Shown: in pieces, positions 18,497-27,522 of the stretch
Layout of the letters: each line of letters starts with the position of its first letter
How positions within the stretch are numbered: position 1 is the first letter of the stretch
Sequence record: NC_061444.1
Direction: 5' to 3' (one strand)
Length of the DNA: 64,000 bases
Notes under the pieces: generated by a model
What the model was told of the DNA's origin: nothing
Databases searched by the model: none
The model's input: only the letters and a program-made list of their open reading frames with translations
Program-made: the position numbers and the translations under genes

Positions 18497-18790
18497 ATGA
18501 TTAGTGACATTACAGTCGGCTGTATCTATAAGTCACCTAGTGACAGACCATTTATTGTTGACTGCATTGCTGCGCACGGACAGGATTGCTCTCTACCTAT
18601 GGTCGTCTATCGTAATCTTGAAAAGACGTTAGACAAACCGGCAGGTACCGTATGGGTAATCCCTGAGTCGTTGTTCACAATGCAGTTCTCTGAGTATGAA
18701 TGTGGAGAACATCATGAACACAACGAACTTGTATCAGCATCTGGCGTCAAGGGGGTTCGATCCTTCTTTTTATCATTGCTGGGTGAGTGA
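18497..18790 (+). CDS. DUF1653-like SH3-fold protein
   Basis: GCIYKS...FIVDCIAAH...MVVYRNL...WVIPESLF pattern; 3' end overlaps the next gene by 77 nt. Confidence 0.6.
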   Translation: MISDITVGCIYKSPSDRPFIVDCIAAHGQDCSLPMVVYRNLEKTLDKPAGTVWVIPESLFTMQFSEYECGEHHEHNELVSASGVKGVRSFFLSLLGE

Positions 18791-19230
18791 AACACAAATG
18801 ACCGTACCTCTGTTTGCGTTTGACAGAGCGATGCGTGGTCTACAGGTCTACACACCAGATGCACCAAAGCACGACGCTAACCCGAAAGCGTGTCGTTACT
18901 TTACGCGAGCATTCGGCGGCAAGCAGTTGGTGTGGGGATCGGAAATTAAACCTGAACGGGTCGACCGTATTCTTAACTGAGTCTGTGTTCAAGGCATGTG
19001 CGCTGCATCGTCTTGGACTTAACGCTTGGTCCGTTCTTGGTTCTGATGTTAGTGACCATCTTTATCGTCAGTTGCGTCTTCTTGGTCTTCGGTTCGTTTG
19101 TCTCGGCGATAACGATCCGGCAGGGCAGAAGTTTAGTCAGACGTTTGGGCTAGGCGCTGTTAGTCGTGACCTTGATGAACTTACTGACGAGGAACTTCTC
19201 GACCTAACTCTACCATTCGTAAGGAAGTAA
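18714..19230 (+). pseudogene. Toprim primase-like gene split by a frameshift near 18945
   Basis: Frame 1 gives YQHLASRG...GLQVY...LVWGSE; frame 2 continues LNLNGSTVFLTESVFKA...LGS...GDNDPAG; removing one A joins them. Confidence 0.7.
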
Positions 19231-19231
19231 A

Positions 19232-19666
19232 ATGGAAAACAAACATAAGATCATCATTCGCATCCTAGGTGATGTGGGTAGCGGTAAGTCTGCTGCATAC
19301 TGTCGTATTGCTGCGATGCTGAAAGACAGCGGTGCGACTGTTGTTCATGCTGACGAGAAAGCGTGGAACATGTTGCAAAACGCAGGCGAAGCCGACCGCG
19401 CTAAGGAAGACCTATATACCTTCGCGCCTCAGGTTACTCTGGAGGAAGTCTGCATTCGCTCAGACTCGTCAATGTCGAAAAATCAGATCATGCAGTATTT
19501 CGCATACGCACATCTGCCTGCCCATCTGCAACGTGTCAGTAAGCCGTTCGCGCTGCTGGCGCAAGAGATGGATCTGTATCTGCCCGACGGCGCTGAGAAG
19601 TCTGCTGGTCTGCGTAAACTTCTCGAAGCGAAAGACTGTGCCGTCCGTGCGTTAGTTGCAAAATGA
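19232..19666 (+). CDS. hypothetical protein: P-loop-like N-terminus plus conserved helical-hairpin C-terminus
   Basis: GDVGSGKS; FAYAHLPAHLQ...EKSAGLRKLLEAKDCAVRA. Confidence 0.7.
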   Translation: MENKHKIIIRILGDVGSGKSAAYCRIAAMLKDSGATVVHADEKAWNMLQNAGEADRAKEDLYTFAPQVTLEEVCIRSDSSMSKNQIMQYFAYAHLPAHLQRVSKPFALLAQEMDLYLPDGAEKSAGLRKLLEAKDCAVRALVAK

Positions 19667-19791
19667 TCGTACTGTGCTTTCGCTGTCTCAAAACATACGA
19701 CATTCTGAAAGCACCTTTGACCAAGACCAAACGGCTGCGCGTCAAAGAGCCAGAGTGTCCTCATTGTGGGTGTAGGGTTTACTTCTCATAG
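19663..19791 (+). CDS. 42-aa zinc-ribbon protein (not in ORF track)
   Basis: ATGA overlap; MIVLCFRC...ECPHCGCRVYFS. Confidence 0.65.
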   Translation: MIVLCFRCLKTYDILKAPLTKTKRLRVKEPECPHCGCRVYFS

Positions 19792-19801
19792 GGAGGCGAT
19801 C

Positions 19802-19828
19802 ATGAACGATTGGTTCTACGACTGGTAG
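19802..19828 (+). CDS. possible 8-aa micropeptide MNDWFYDW
   Basis: GGAGG SD just upstream, last ORF before a terminator. Confidence 0.3.
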   Translation: MNDWFYDW

Positions 19829-19834
19829 TAACTC

Positions 19835-19861
19835 AAAGGGTGGCCTAATGGCTGCCCTTTT
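19835..19861 (+). terminator. intrinsic terminator
   Basis: AAAGGGTGGCC-TAAT-GGCTGCCCTTTT. Confidence 0.8.
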
Positions 19862-19903
19862 CTGATCTTAGACAAGCAAAATAAGCCATTAGGGATAGCG
19901 AAT

Positions 19904-19939
19904 AACCATGCGTAAGGCATATAAAACCATGTGTAGGCA
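19904..19939 (+). repeat. imperfect direct repeat, possible operator
   Basis: AACCATGCGTAAGGCA / AACCATGTGTAGGCA, 21-nt period, upstream of the RHH gene. Confidence 0.4.
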
Positions 19940-19985
19940 GCGTAGAAACACCACCTTTTTCTTGAGCAGTGTCAAGCGCTTAAAA

Positions 19986-19995
19986 TCTGTAAATA
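19986..19995 (+). promoter_or_regulatory. putative phage promoter, CTGTAAA class
   Basis: TCTGTAAATA intergenic, 39 nt before ATG 20035. Confidence 0.6.
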
Positions 19996-20034
19996 AGCAT
20001 CAGATACCAATAACGATTCTTGAAAAGGATAAAA

Positions 20035-20436
20035 ATGAGACCCGAGACCATCGCACGAACGTATAGAGTCCCAAGCCAGACTTTGGAGACAGTTCACAAT
20101 ATCTGCGAACGCCAAGGCGTAAGATTATCTGACATTGTTCGACGCTATGCCCAATTCGTCGTGCGTACTCGCGGTGAGTTTCTGCGTTCGGCTCCTCGGC
20201 CAGAATCGTCCCAGCTCAACGTGCGTATGCCTTTTGATTTAGCACATTCGTTTAGTCTTGTGTGCAAACAATCTGGCTCTGGTACCAACACAACTGTGAC
20301 CAGTTTCCTGAATGAGATCGTTCAACTCAATCGTATTCCTGAGGAACTTCTGCAAGAGTCGGCAGAAGATGTGCGTGAGTATATCCGCAAAGAACGTGCT
20401 CGCCTCGATACACTGGAGGCCCAACTCGGAAAATAA
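20035..20436 (+). CDS. tandem ribbon-helix-helix DNA-binding protein
   Basis: Two RHH-like units, RTYRVPSQTL...LSDIVRRY and LNVRMPFDL...VTSFL. Confidence 0.6.
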   Translation: MRPETIARTYRVPSQTLETVHNICERQGVRLSDIVRRYAQFVVRTRGEFLRSAPRPESSQLNVRMPFDLAHSFSLVCKQSGSGTNTTVTSFLNEIVQLNRIPEELLQESAEDVREYIRKERARLDTLEAQLGK

Positions 20437-20437
20437 A

Positions 20438-21280
20438 ATGACAGTAATCAGCCCCATTCGTTATCAGGGCAATAAGCGTAGCCTTATCCCTCTTATTCTT
20501 GAAAACACACCTGATGTGAAAGACTGCCCGCGTATGGTCGATGTGTTTGGCGGTAGTGCCACCGTGTGCGCGAACATGCCTCAGAAGTTTCGCGTCTACA
20601 ACGAGCTTAGTCCTCAGGTGTATGAGATCGTTAAGATGCTTGTCGAGCAAGACCCGAAGAAAACATTGGGTCAAGTCAAGCGTCTGGTAAAGCACTGGTG
20701 CCTGACAAACAGCAACGAAGCGAACTATGACGCGTTTCGAACTGTCGTCCAGAAGAAGCGTACTCCCATACTTCACTACGTTGCGCACAGACACGCACAC
20801 TCGAACATGCTGCGCTTTAACCAGCAGGGTGTGTACAACGTAGGCTTCGGCGATCGTGGTCTGATTGGAAAGTTCGAGGAGCTTGAGCATGAGCTTACGA
20901 CATTCCACCAGCACATGCAGGGTGTTCACCTAACGAACATGAAGTACGGTAAGTTGTTGGGTAGACTCAGCAATCAACTGGATTGCAATACGTTCTGCTA
21001 CTTCGACCCGCCGTATCTGGCAAGTGGCGCGATGCAGTACGGCAAGTGGACTGAATCTAACGAACGTAACCTGCTTGCTACGCTTGAACAACTCAATCGC
21101 TTAGGCGTACCGTGGATGTTGAGCAACGTTACAGAGCACAGGCATTTCTCGAACGACCTGTTAAAGCGTTGGCTAAAGAAACACGCGACGACCGTGCTCT
21201 ACCCGAACAAAAGCTATGCGATGAACAACGGCCAGAGTGGCTCGCATGGTACTGTTGAAATTCTGGCAATGAACTACTGA
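20438..21280 (+). CDS. dam: Dam-like (D12 class) DNA adenine methyltransferase
   Basis: SPIRYQGNK, DVFGGSATV, DPPY, WMLSN; target sequence not determinable. Confidence 0.88.
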   Translation: MTVISPIRYQGNKRSLIPLILENTPDVKDCPRMVDVFGGSATVCANMPQKFRVYNELSPQVYEIVKMLVEQDPKKTLGQVKRLVKHWCLTNSNEANYDAFRTVVQKKRTPILHYVAHRHAHSNMLRFNQQGVYNVGFGDRGLIGKFEELEHELTTFHQHMQGVHLTNMKYGKLLGRLSNQLDCNTFCYFDPPYLASGAMQYGKWTESNERNLLATLEQLNRLGVPWMLSNVTEHRHFSNDLLKRWLKKHATTVLYPNKSYAMNNGQSGSHGTVEILAMNY

Positions 21281-21287
21281 GGCTTCT

Positions 21288-21596
21288 ATGACTATGCGCA
21301 CAAACCAAAAACTGATCTTCGTGTTAAAAGCACTGACTCGTAAACTGGAAGAGGTCAATGCTCTCGCGTGGTCAATTTCGAAAGATCCCAGAGATACGTG
21401 CGGCGCTATTGATATGTCCGCAATTTCTGACTACTCAGACGAAGGTCTGATCAAAGAAATTGAAATGCGCGCCAATCAAATCGAAGAACGCAAACGCTAC
21501 ATTGCCGGTCTGCATGGTGGTGCTGATGGTCACTGCCGCGCTGCTAATAGACAAGCAGACGAGCTGTATCAGAAATACTGCGGAAAGAGCCGATGA
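21288..21596 (+). CDS. hypothetical protein
   Basis: ORF in operon with gagg SD. Confidence 0.6.
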   Translation: MTMRTNQKLIFVLKALTRKLEEVNALAWSISKDPRDTCGAIDMSAISDYSDEGLIKEIEMRANQIEERKRYIAGLHGGADGHCRAANRQADELYQKYCGKSR

Positions 21597-21877
21597 ATCT
21601 AACGCGCTATATGCAAGACCGCTTGGACGAGTATGAGCGCCTGATTTATAAGCTGGTCTCCAAGTACGATACAGGCATGGGTGAGTGGGGAAGACTTGCG
21701 CCACTGAGGTCAATGGAGCAGGTTCGCCACGTATTCATCTGTAGGACTCGCGGCTGTTTTCACGGTCTGCGTCGCGGTCTGAACATCGAACAGGCCTACA
21801 AAGAACTTCGCACTTTGCTCAAGCATCCCACTGCAAGGGAAATCGAGCTTATGTCTGAATCTGTAAAACAACACTGA
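21593..21877 (+). CDS. hypothetical protein
   Basis: ATGA-coupled ORF. Confidence 0.6.
   Translation: MNLTRYMQDRLDEYERLIYKLVSKYDTGMGEWGRLAPLRSMEQVRHVFICRTRGCFHGLRRGLNIEQAYKELRTLLKHPTAREIELMSESVKQH
21860..21869 (+). promoter_or_regulatory. putative phage promoter, CTGTAAA class (variant)
   Basis: TCTGTAAAAC 41 nt before ATG 21911. Confidence 0.4.
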
Positions 21878-21910
21878 ACCACTTATTTGACTACACATTA
21901 AGGATATACG

Positions 21911-22495
21911 ATGAAAGAGTTCCTGTCTAAATATTTCGATCTGGGTGAGTATGACCGTTGGCCTGTTATCGGCATGTTCATTCCGATGTTTATCGGTCTG
22001 TTCACTGATCATCTGGTGTCTGTTGAAAATCAGCTTTACGTCACGGTGCTGTTTATCGCGTTTCTCGTTGTGTGCGTTTGGCAAGATGCACGTAATCTGA
22101 AAGAAGCTGGCTTCGATCATCCGTCACGCGGCTGGGTGCTGCTTATCCCTGTGTATCTTTTCCGCCGTGACCGCGCAACGAAGAAAAAGAACCATCGCAT
22201 CTTCCTCGCGTGGATGTTGTTATTCTGTGTCTCTGTTGCAAACGGCGTCTGGGCAATGAACAAAGACCAGAACTATGCTGTCGAGCAAGACGTGTGCTCT
22301 GTGCTTGATACGCTTGACACGCTGAAAGAAAACAACGTGACCTGCGTTCGTGCGTACAACATGGAAGAACAATACGACGGCTACTGGAAGGGTAGTGCGC
22401 ACCTGTCAAACAACCGTGACGTAAACGTAAGCGCTGACTACAACAAGTATCAAGGTCAGGTGTACGTTCAAATTCATAGTCTGCTGGTGGAGTAA
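21911..22495 (+). CDS. membrane protein
   Basis: About four hydrophobic segments followed by a soluble C-terminal domain. Confidence 0.7.
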   Translation: MKEFLSKYFDLGEYDRWPVIGMFIPMFIGLFTDHLVSVENQLYVTVLFIAFLVVCVWQDARNLKEAGFDHPSRGWVLLIPVYLFRRDRATKKKNHRIFLAWMLLFCVSVANGVWAMNKDQNYAVEQDVCSVLDTLDTLKENNVTCVRAYNMEEQYDGYWKGSAHLSNNRDVNVSADYNKYQGQVYVQIHSLLVE

Positions 22496-22497
22496 TC

Positions 22498-23196
22498 ATG
22501 GAACAGAACATGCAAGACATGCCTGTGCATATCATCAACGGCTTCCAGTTCAACAAGAAATCTGCTGCGCTGTTTGGCTACGCGCTCGACCTTGTTCGCC
22601 TTGGCGCAGAGATTGATGAATCGTTCTGGATCGATCACATTCGTCCGCAAGACGAGAAAGCAGATCTGATGCACACGATCTCAATCTCAGGTCCTGTCAT
22701 TCGTCATCGTGAATTTGACCTCTTCGATTCGCTTGATAAGTGCCGCCGCAACGCACACATCATTCTCGAAGGTCTGATTGACGGTATGAGCACTATCTGC
22801 TCAGAGCTGGAAACAGCGTTCCTTGTAGAAGACGGTCCGTCCCTTAATATCTGCAAGTCAAACCAGAACATGTTCCGTAACGAAACGCTGCAATACTTGA
22901 CGCGACCTGCGGAAGAACAGGACATTCTCTTGTGTGCTGCCGGACGTAGACAAGCGGCCCAGCTGTACGACACTGAATCTGTGTTGTTGGCTATTCGTGG
23001 TATTGAGTCAAGCTGGCAGTACGTGTGGAACGGCGAGTGGCGGGCACTGCTTGCGTCAGACGAAGAAACGCGTAGCACTCACTTCCGCCGTTGGTATTAC
23101 AACCATGTGCTGACAATCCATCGTCTGCGTCATGCCATATCGTGCCACCTGTACACGGTCTATCCTGAACATTTTAACAGAGGTAAGAATGCGTAA
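22498..23196 (+). CDS. hypothetical protein (232 aa)
   Basis: SD ggag. Confidence 0.65.
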   Translation: MEQNMQDMPVHIINGFQFNKKSAALFGYALDLVRLGAEIDESFWIDHIRPQDEKADLMHTISISGPVIRHREFDLFDSLDKCRRNAHIILEGLIDGMSTICSELETAFLVEDGPSLNICKSNQNMFRNETLQYLTRPAEEQDILLCAAGRRQAAQLYDTESVLLAIRGIESSWQYVWNGEWRALLASDEETRSTHFRRWYYNHVLTIHRLRHAISCHLYTVYPEHFNRGKNA

Positions 23197-23527
23197 GATC
23201 AGAGCGTTGTTGAAAATGCGTCATCTGGAACAATTGCGTGATCGTTTCGAAGATGGTCCGCTGTTTGATATCATCTACTTCGATGGTCAGGCAACCGATG
23301 CGCCTCAGTACGTCCGCGAAGTTGTGTGCGACAAGCTGTTCCCTAACAGCATCGACGAATCTATCGTTGGCGGTTACGACTATCTGGTGCTGGGAGTTCG
23401 CGATCAGGACGTGGATATCGAACTCAAGCCGGGTGACTATGTTGTGTTCCGTGACGACAATAGCTTCGTCACCCTTCGTGGTTTTGATAAAGCAGAGGTG
23501 GCTGGTGGAAAACTCGTCCTTCACTGA
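23189..23527 (+). CDS. hypothetical protein
   Basis: Start re-called to ATG 23189 (gagg SD). Confidence 0.6.
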   Translation: MRKIRALLKMRHLEQLRDRFEDGPLFDIIYFDGQATDAPQYVREVVCDKLFPNSIDESIVGGYDYLVLGVRDQDVDIELKPGDYVVFRDDNSFVTLRGFDKAEVAGGKLVLH

Positions 23528-23984
23528 GTTGCGTGAGCGTCTGGTTAAGGCGCTCGATATGTCTATCGTAAGTGACGGTCCATCTGCCTGTTACGTCGAT
23601 GCTATAGGCAAACCAATGGGTCTGGTTAGTCATTGGCGTCCTGAATCAGCAGAGAACATTCTGCTTGTGATCGAGCGTTACGGTCTGCATGTAGAGCGTA
23701 TCGTAGCACCTTACCATAAGCCTCGTCCCGGCGAAGAAGATAAGATTGTGTGGCAGTTCAACGTATGGTCGCGCAATCCAATTTATCGCACACTGTCTCA
23801 GGATTACGGACGTAGACTGGAACATGGTCCTCGTGTCGTTGGTCCTGATTTGACTACTGCCGTGTTTACGTGGGCGGTACTTCGTGCAGAGCGTGTCAAG
23901 CAACTACGCGAGTGTAAAGTAGACGCGAACCTCTACCACTTTGGTGCGCTGCGGGAGAAGGTATATGTATCACCAGCTCAGTGA
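23505..23984 (+). CDS. hypothetical protein
   Basis: Start re-called to GTG 23505 with GAGGT SD; uncertain. Confidence 0.5.
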   Translation: MENSSFTELRERLVKALDMSIVSDGPSACYVDAIGKPMGLVSHWRPESAENILLVIERYGLHVERIVAPYHKPRPGEEDKIVWQFNVWSRNPIYRTLSQDYGRRLEHGPRVVGPDLTTAVFTWAVLRAERVKQLRECKVDANLYHFGALREKVYVSPAQ

Positions 23985-24375
23985 CGGCGCGTCTGACGAT
24001 GAAGTTCGTAAGTATTACGAGCAGATTCACAAGGACGCAGAAGCAATCATGCAGCAGGTGTGGGCGCTTCGTGGTTGGACTATTCGCTGGGAGTGGCACA
24101 ACGGCATTTGCGATGACTGTGAATTTATTTTCGATGAAACAGGCAAATGCCGTGGCACTAAGTCTGATGCCATACCTCAGCAGGTGGGGATAGCTGACCG
24201 CATCGACGCGCTAAAGCTGTCTGTTTCGCACACCAAGAAATCTGTAAAGATAACTAACAAACATGCTGAAAAGCCAGTTGAAGGAAAAGGCCGTAATGTG
24301 CGCCTTGCTTATCTCGACTGGTTGCTCAGTGTTGAAAAGCAGAAAGCTGAGGAGAGAAAGTGCGCTGCAACTTAA
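23965..24375 (+). CDS. hypothetical protein
   Basis: ATG 23965 with ggag SD. Confidence 0.6.
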   Translation: MYHQLSDGASDDEVRKYYEQIHKDAEAIMQQVWALRGWTIRWEWHNGICDDCEFIFDETGKCRGTKSDAIPQQVGIADRIDALKLSVSHTKKSVKITNKHAEKPVEGKGRNVRLAYLDWLLSVEKQKAEERKCAAT

Positions 24376-24881
24376 CTGAACTACCAATCAAGCTCGAACA
24401 GGCCGAGTTTATTATGGCAAGCGTCTTTGCGCTCGCTGGTGCTTCTAAATCGAAACGCCGTGCGACTGCTGCGATGCTGGTGCACTTTCACAAAGGCTTC
24501 CCCACTATTATCAGTAGTGGCGTGAACGGTACGATGCCTGGTGAGAGCAACGTCATGGAGAACGCTGACCTGACGCTCTCCCTTGACACTGTTATTCACG
24601 CAGAAGCGAACTGCCTGAATCGCATGGAAGAGTACAACATGTGGTCGGACGATCAGGACATTTTGTTCTGCACCGATTCGCCGTGTCCAAACTGTCTGGC
24701 GTATCTTGAAGCGGAAGGCGTTAAGACGATTGTGTACGCGCGAGAGTATCGCCTGACCGATCATCTGGATGCGTCTGATATCAAGATGTTCTGTCTCGAT
24801 ATGGACAGCGTTATTCAGCGTATGCAACACAGCATCGACCGCAGCAAAGAAGTGATTGCAACAACCCCAGCGTCTAATTAA
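24360..24881 (+). CDS. dCMP deaminase-like zinc deaminase
   Basis: SGVNGT, HAEANC, SPCPNC, IVYAREY. Confidence 0.88.
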   Translation: MRCNLTELPIKLEQAEFIMASVFALAGASKSKRRATAAMLVHFHKGFPTIISSGVNGTMPGESNVMENADLTLSLDTVIHAEANCLNRMEEYNMWSDDQDILFCTDSPCPNCLAYLEAEGVKTIVYAREYRLTDHLDASDIKMFCLDMDSVIQRMQHSIDRSKEVIATTPASN

Positions 24882-24906
24882 GACCAATAGCAGAGAGGCT
24901 CTCAAC

Positions 24907-25710
24907 GTGGAAAAGAATCAGCATTACAATACGGCCATACCGTCGGATGATCAAGTACGTCAGGTCTTAGACCAAGAGGACCGCATCTTCGTTGATGCTA
25001 TGCGTGAGATTGAAAATGCGCGTCGTCGTAATCTGGATCGTCTGGCCGAGATGATTGCTTCTGATCCCAAGTTGAGAGCCAAGCTGGAAGCGACTCAGCG
25101 CAACAAGTTCCAACCAAAATTGGACCTGTCTTCGCTTGAGGAGATTGCTGCGAGGACGCATACTGGTCGTGTGAGATCTGATCGTAGTAATATCGAACAT
25201 GTCTCACCTACGTTTCGTCACACGTCAGGCAAAACTCGTGGTGTCATTCAACGCGTACCGTTTATGGCAGACAATATCCCGCGTGACGGTCGTATCAAAG
25301 TTGACGTAGCTCCTGGGAAACGTGTTCTGCAAACTGATATTCATCTTGGTGATTCCAAAACAGAGGATTTATCTATGGCAATGGTAGCTGCTGCATACGG
25401 CCTGAGTGGCGAACAGCTTGGCGTTATTCCTGCTGTATCTGGTGGAGGTCAGTCTGTACCAGATACGCGCCCGTCTTATATCGACGAAGCGCCTTTCGTT
25501 CCAAATCACATGGCGCAGCATTATCTACAGACTGCTAAAGGTCCTGTGTGCCCAGTAGGCCCTAGCCCTTCAGGCAGAGCGCTGCGTGTTGAGAAACTGC
25601 AGGGCTGGTCTGCTACTCGCCGTGACCGCGCTGCCACTTCTGCGCCAGTGCGTAAGAAGCTCCGTGATCGTACACGCGCCCAGAAGCAAGCGCGCCGTAA
25701 ACAACGCTGA
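24907..25710 (+). CDS. hypothetical protein, Arg/Lys-rich C-terminus
   Basis: GTG 24907 with gagg SD. Confidence 0.6.
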   Translation: MEKNQHYNTAIPSDDQVRQVLDQEDRIFVDAMREIENARRRNLDRLAEMIASDPKLRAKLEATQRNKFQPKLDLSSLEEIAARTHTGRVRSDRSNIEHVSPTFRHTSGKTRGVIQRVPFMADNIPRDGRIKVDVAPGKRVLQTDIHLGDSKTEDLSMAMVAAAYGLSGEQLGVIPAVSGGGQSVPDTRPSYIDEAPFVPNHMAQHYLQTAKGPVCPVGPSPSGRALRVEKLQGWSATRRDRAATSAPVRKKLRDRTRAQKQARRKQR

Positions 25711-25720
25711 GGTAACAGCA

Positions 25721-26209
25721 ATGTCTGATTTTAATAAGTTCAAAGATGGTTTCCTTCGCTCGGTGGGTATCGACCCAAAGCGTCTTGACCTGCCGGAAGA
25801 TCCTGAGGGTGCTGAAATCTTTAACAGCCTGAATGCGCAAGACCAGCGCAAAGTCAAAGTTGGTCTTGCGCTGCTGCATCTGCAAGTTCCTGATGAAGTT
25901 CGTTATGAGTTGCTGACGAACCATCTCGATGAAACCGAGCGTCTGGTATCTACCGCGTTTGAAGATCTGACTGCCTCGCTTGTGAACAAGCTGTCGCAAG
26001 CGGGTGATGCGGAAACCAAATCGACACTCGGTAGTGTTCGTCTGGCTATGCTGATGAACATTCTGGGTTTTGATGACGCTACTTTAACTGGCGTCCTTAA
26101 CGACCCTATTCTCACTCGTCGCGCTAGCCTTGTTGCTGTGACGTGCATGAATGAGATGGGTCAGAAAATCCAACAAATGTACGACGAGAAAAGCAATGAG
26201 CCAACCTGA
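25721..26209 (+). CDS. hypothetical protein
   Basis: ATG 25721 with gaggt SD. Confidence 0.65.
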   Translation: MSDFNKFKDGFLRSVGIDPKRLDLPEDPEGAEIFNSLNAQDQRKVKVGLALLHLQVPDEVRYELLTNHLDETERLVSTAFEDLTASLVNKLSQAGDAETKSTLGSVRLAMLMNILGFDDATLTGVLNDPILTRRASLVAVTCMNEMGQKIQQMYDEKSNEPT

Positions 26210-26354
26210 AAATCCTTTAGCGAAATTCTTCGATGAATCTGCATCTATCCCTGGTCTGGATGAAGCCCAAGAGCGCGTTGAAACAATGCGTGATGGTGGC
26301 GGTGAAGTTGTAGAAGCATCTGATGAATGCGAAGGTGGCGGCTGCAAGATCTAA
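26196..26354 (+). CDS. 52-aa acidic peptide ending in an NrdA-like redox tail
   Basis: Ends SDECEGGGCKI*, last gene before a terminator. Confidence 0.6.
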   Translation: MSQPENPLAKFFDESASIPGLDEAQERVETMRDGGGEVVEASDECEGGGCKI

Positions 26355-26357
26355 CTC

Positions 26358-26380
26358 ATGGGGCCTAGTGCCCCATTTTT
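26358..26380 (+). terminator. intrinsic terminator
   Basis: ATGGGGC-CTAGT-GCCCCAT plus T tract. Confidence 0.8.
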
Positions 26381-26392
26381 GTTTTGGGGAAC

Positions 26393-26923
26393 ATGATGCA
26401 AACAGCATATCGGTGTAAGCACTGTAAGTATGTCCACATTGGCAAAGTCAGTAGCTGTGACTGTCAGGGCAGCAAGCGATTCGAATACACGTTGGTGCAA
26501 ATCATCGACGTGCCAGAAGCTGAGGAGCAGATTCCTCAGTTCAAAGATCTCAAACACTCTCGTGCCCAGCGTTACGTGAACGTGAAAGACGGTACGTATG
26601 GCAACGGCATTTACGAGCTGCGCGAGAAGCGTGAGGGTGAGCGTTACTGGTGGACGCATCTAGGCACGATGCAGAGCGGGCTTGATAGCACTGATGCCAG
26701 CTACAAAATGTGCGAAGACAACCGCAAGGCAAATGTTGTTCTGGCTGCTGCCGGGCCTGTTATGCTCGAAGCGCTCTATATGTGCTATCAGTATTTCAAT
26801 CTCAAACGTGAGGTGCAAGGCAGTTCAATCAAGAACGATAGCCGCATCTCAATCATCGCAGACGCTATTCGTCAGGGCACGGACTTGTCTGTGTTTGACA
26901 CACTTCAACATCCAAAGGAGTAA
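26393..26923 (+). CDS. hypothetical protein with N-terminal Cys-rich motif
   Basis: CKHC...SCDC. Confidence 0.6.
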   Translation: MMQTAYRCKHCKYVHIGKVSSCDCQGSKRFEYTLVQIIDVPEAEEQIPQFKDLKHSRAQRYVNVKDGTYGNGIYELREKREGERYWWTHLGTMQSGLDSTDASYKMCEDNRKANVVLAAAGPVMLEALYMCYQYFNLKREVQGSSIKNDSRISIIADAIRQGTDLSVFDTLQHPKE

Positions 26924-26925
26924 CA

Positions 26926-27522
26926 ATGACAACGCGAGCGAAAAACATGCTGGACGAAATACGCATGAAACTTAGTAAGTGCCGACATGAGTACCGCAGA
27001 CAAGAAGCTGCTGATCGTGTGCTCAAGCACGATGCAATACGCGGCGGTCAGGTGTGGACAAACATCAAAAACAATGCGCCGTACCAAGTGTTGTTCCTGA
27101 CTAACCTGTACAACGACGGTCACATTCAGGTTGTGTATTCTCAGCATTGGGCATACATCTACTCCATGCCTGTTGAAGACTTCTTCGAACAGTTCACACA
27201 AAATCTGAACATCGACAACACCTTGGCCAGTGCGCACGATGACCTGATGGCTATGGCGACCAACATGCGTGGGAGCACTCGTTTACGCTTACCGCAAGAA
27301 GGTGAACGCTGGACGCGTGTTGACCGCATACCAGACGGCTTCGATGAAAATCGTATGCCTGTGTACCGCCCGCAGTCTGTTACCGTTGTGGTTGAAGGTA
27401 TCGTCGAGCAAAGTCCTGCGCATCCATTCGTTCTGTTTAAAGAAGGCGGCGAGCGCAAGGTCCTGAACATGTATATGTTCCTAAACTTCTACAGCCCTGA
27501 AGGTGAAAACAATGTTGCTTGA
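26926..27522 (+). CDS. hypothetical protein, DUF1653-like plus PQEGE domain
   Basis: GQVWTNIKNNAPYQV...VVY; LPQEGERW. Confidence 0.6.
   Translation: MTTRAKNMLDEIRMKLSKCRHEYRRQEAADRVLKHDAIRGGQVWTNIKNNAPYQVLFLTNLYNDGHIQVVYSQHWAYIYSMPVEDFFEQFTQNLNIDNTLASAHDDLMAMATNMRGSTRLRLPQEGERWTRVDRIPDGFDENRMPVYRPQSVTVVVEGIVEQSPAHPFVLFKEGGERKVLNMYMFLNFYSPEGENNVA

Noticed and set aside
20438-21280. Dam-like gene as part of the new hypermodification system
   Set aside because: Canonical DPPY adenine MTase in a separate unit with the other promoter class; nothing links it to cmoA
23238-23504. 5' extension of ORF 23238-23984
   Set aside because: Fully overlaps the 23189-23527 gene; a GTG with SD at 23505 is more plausible
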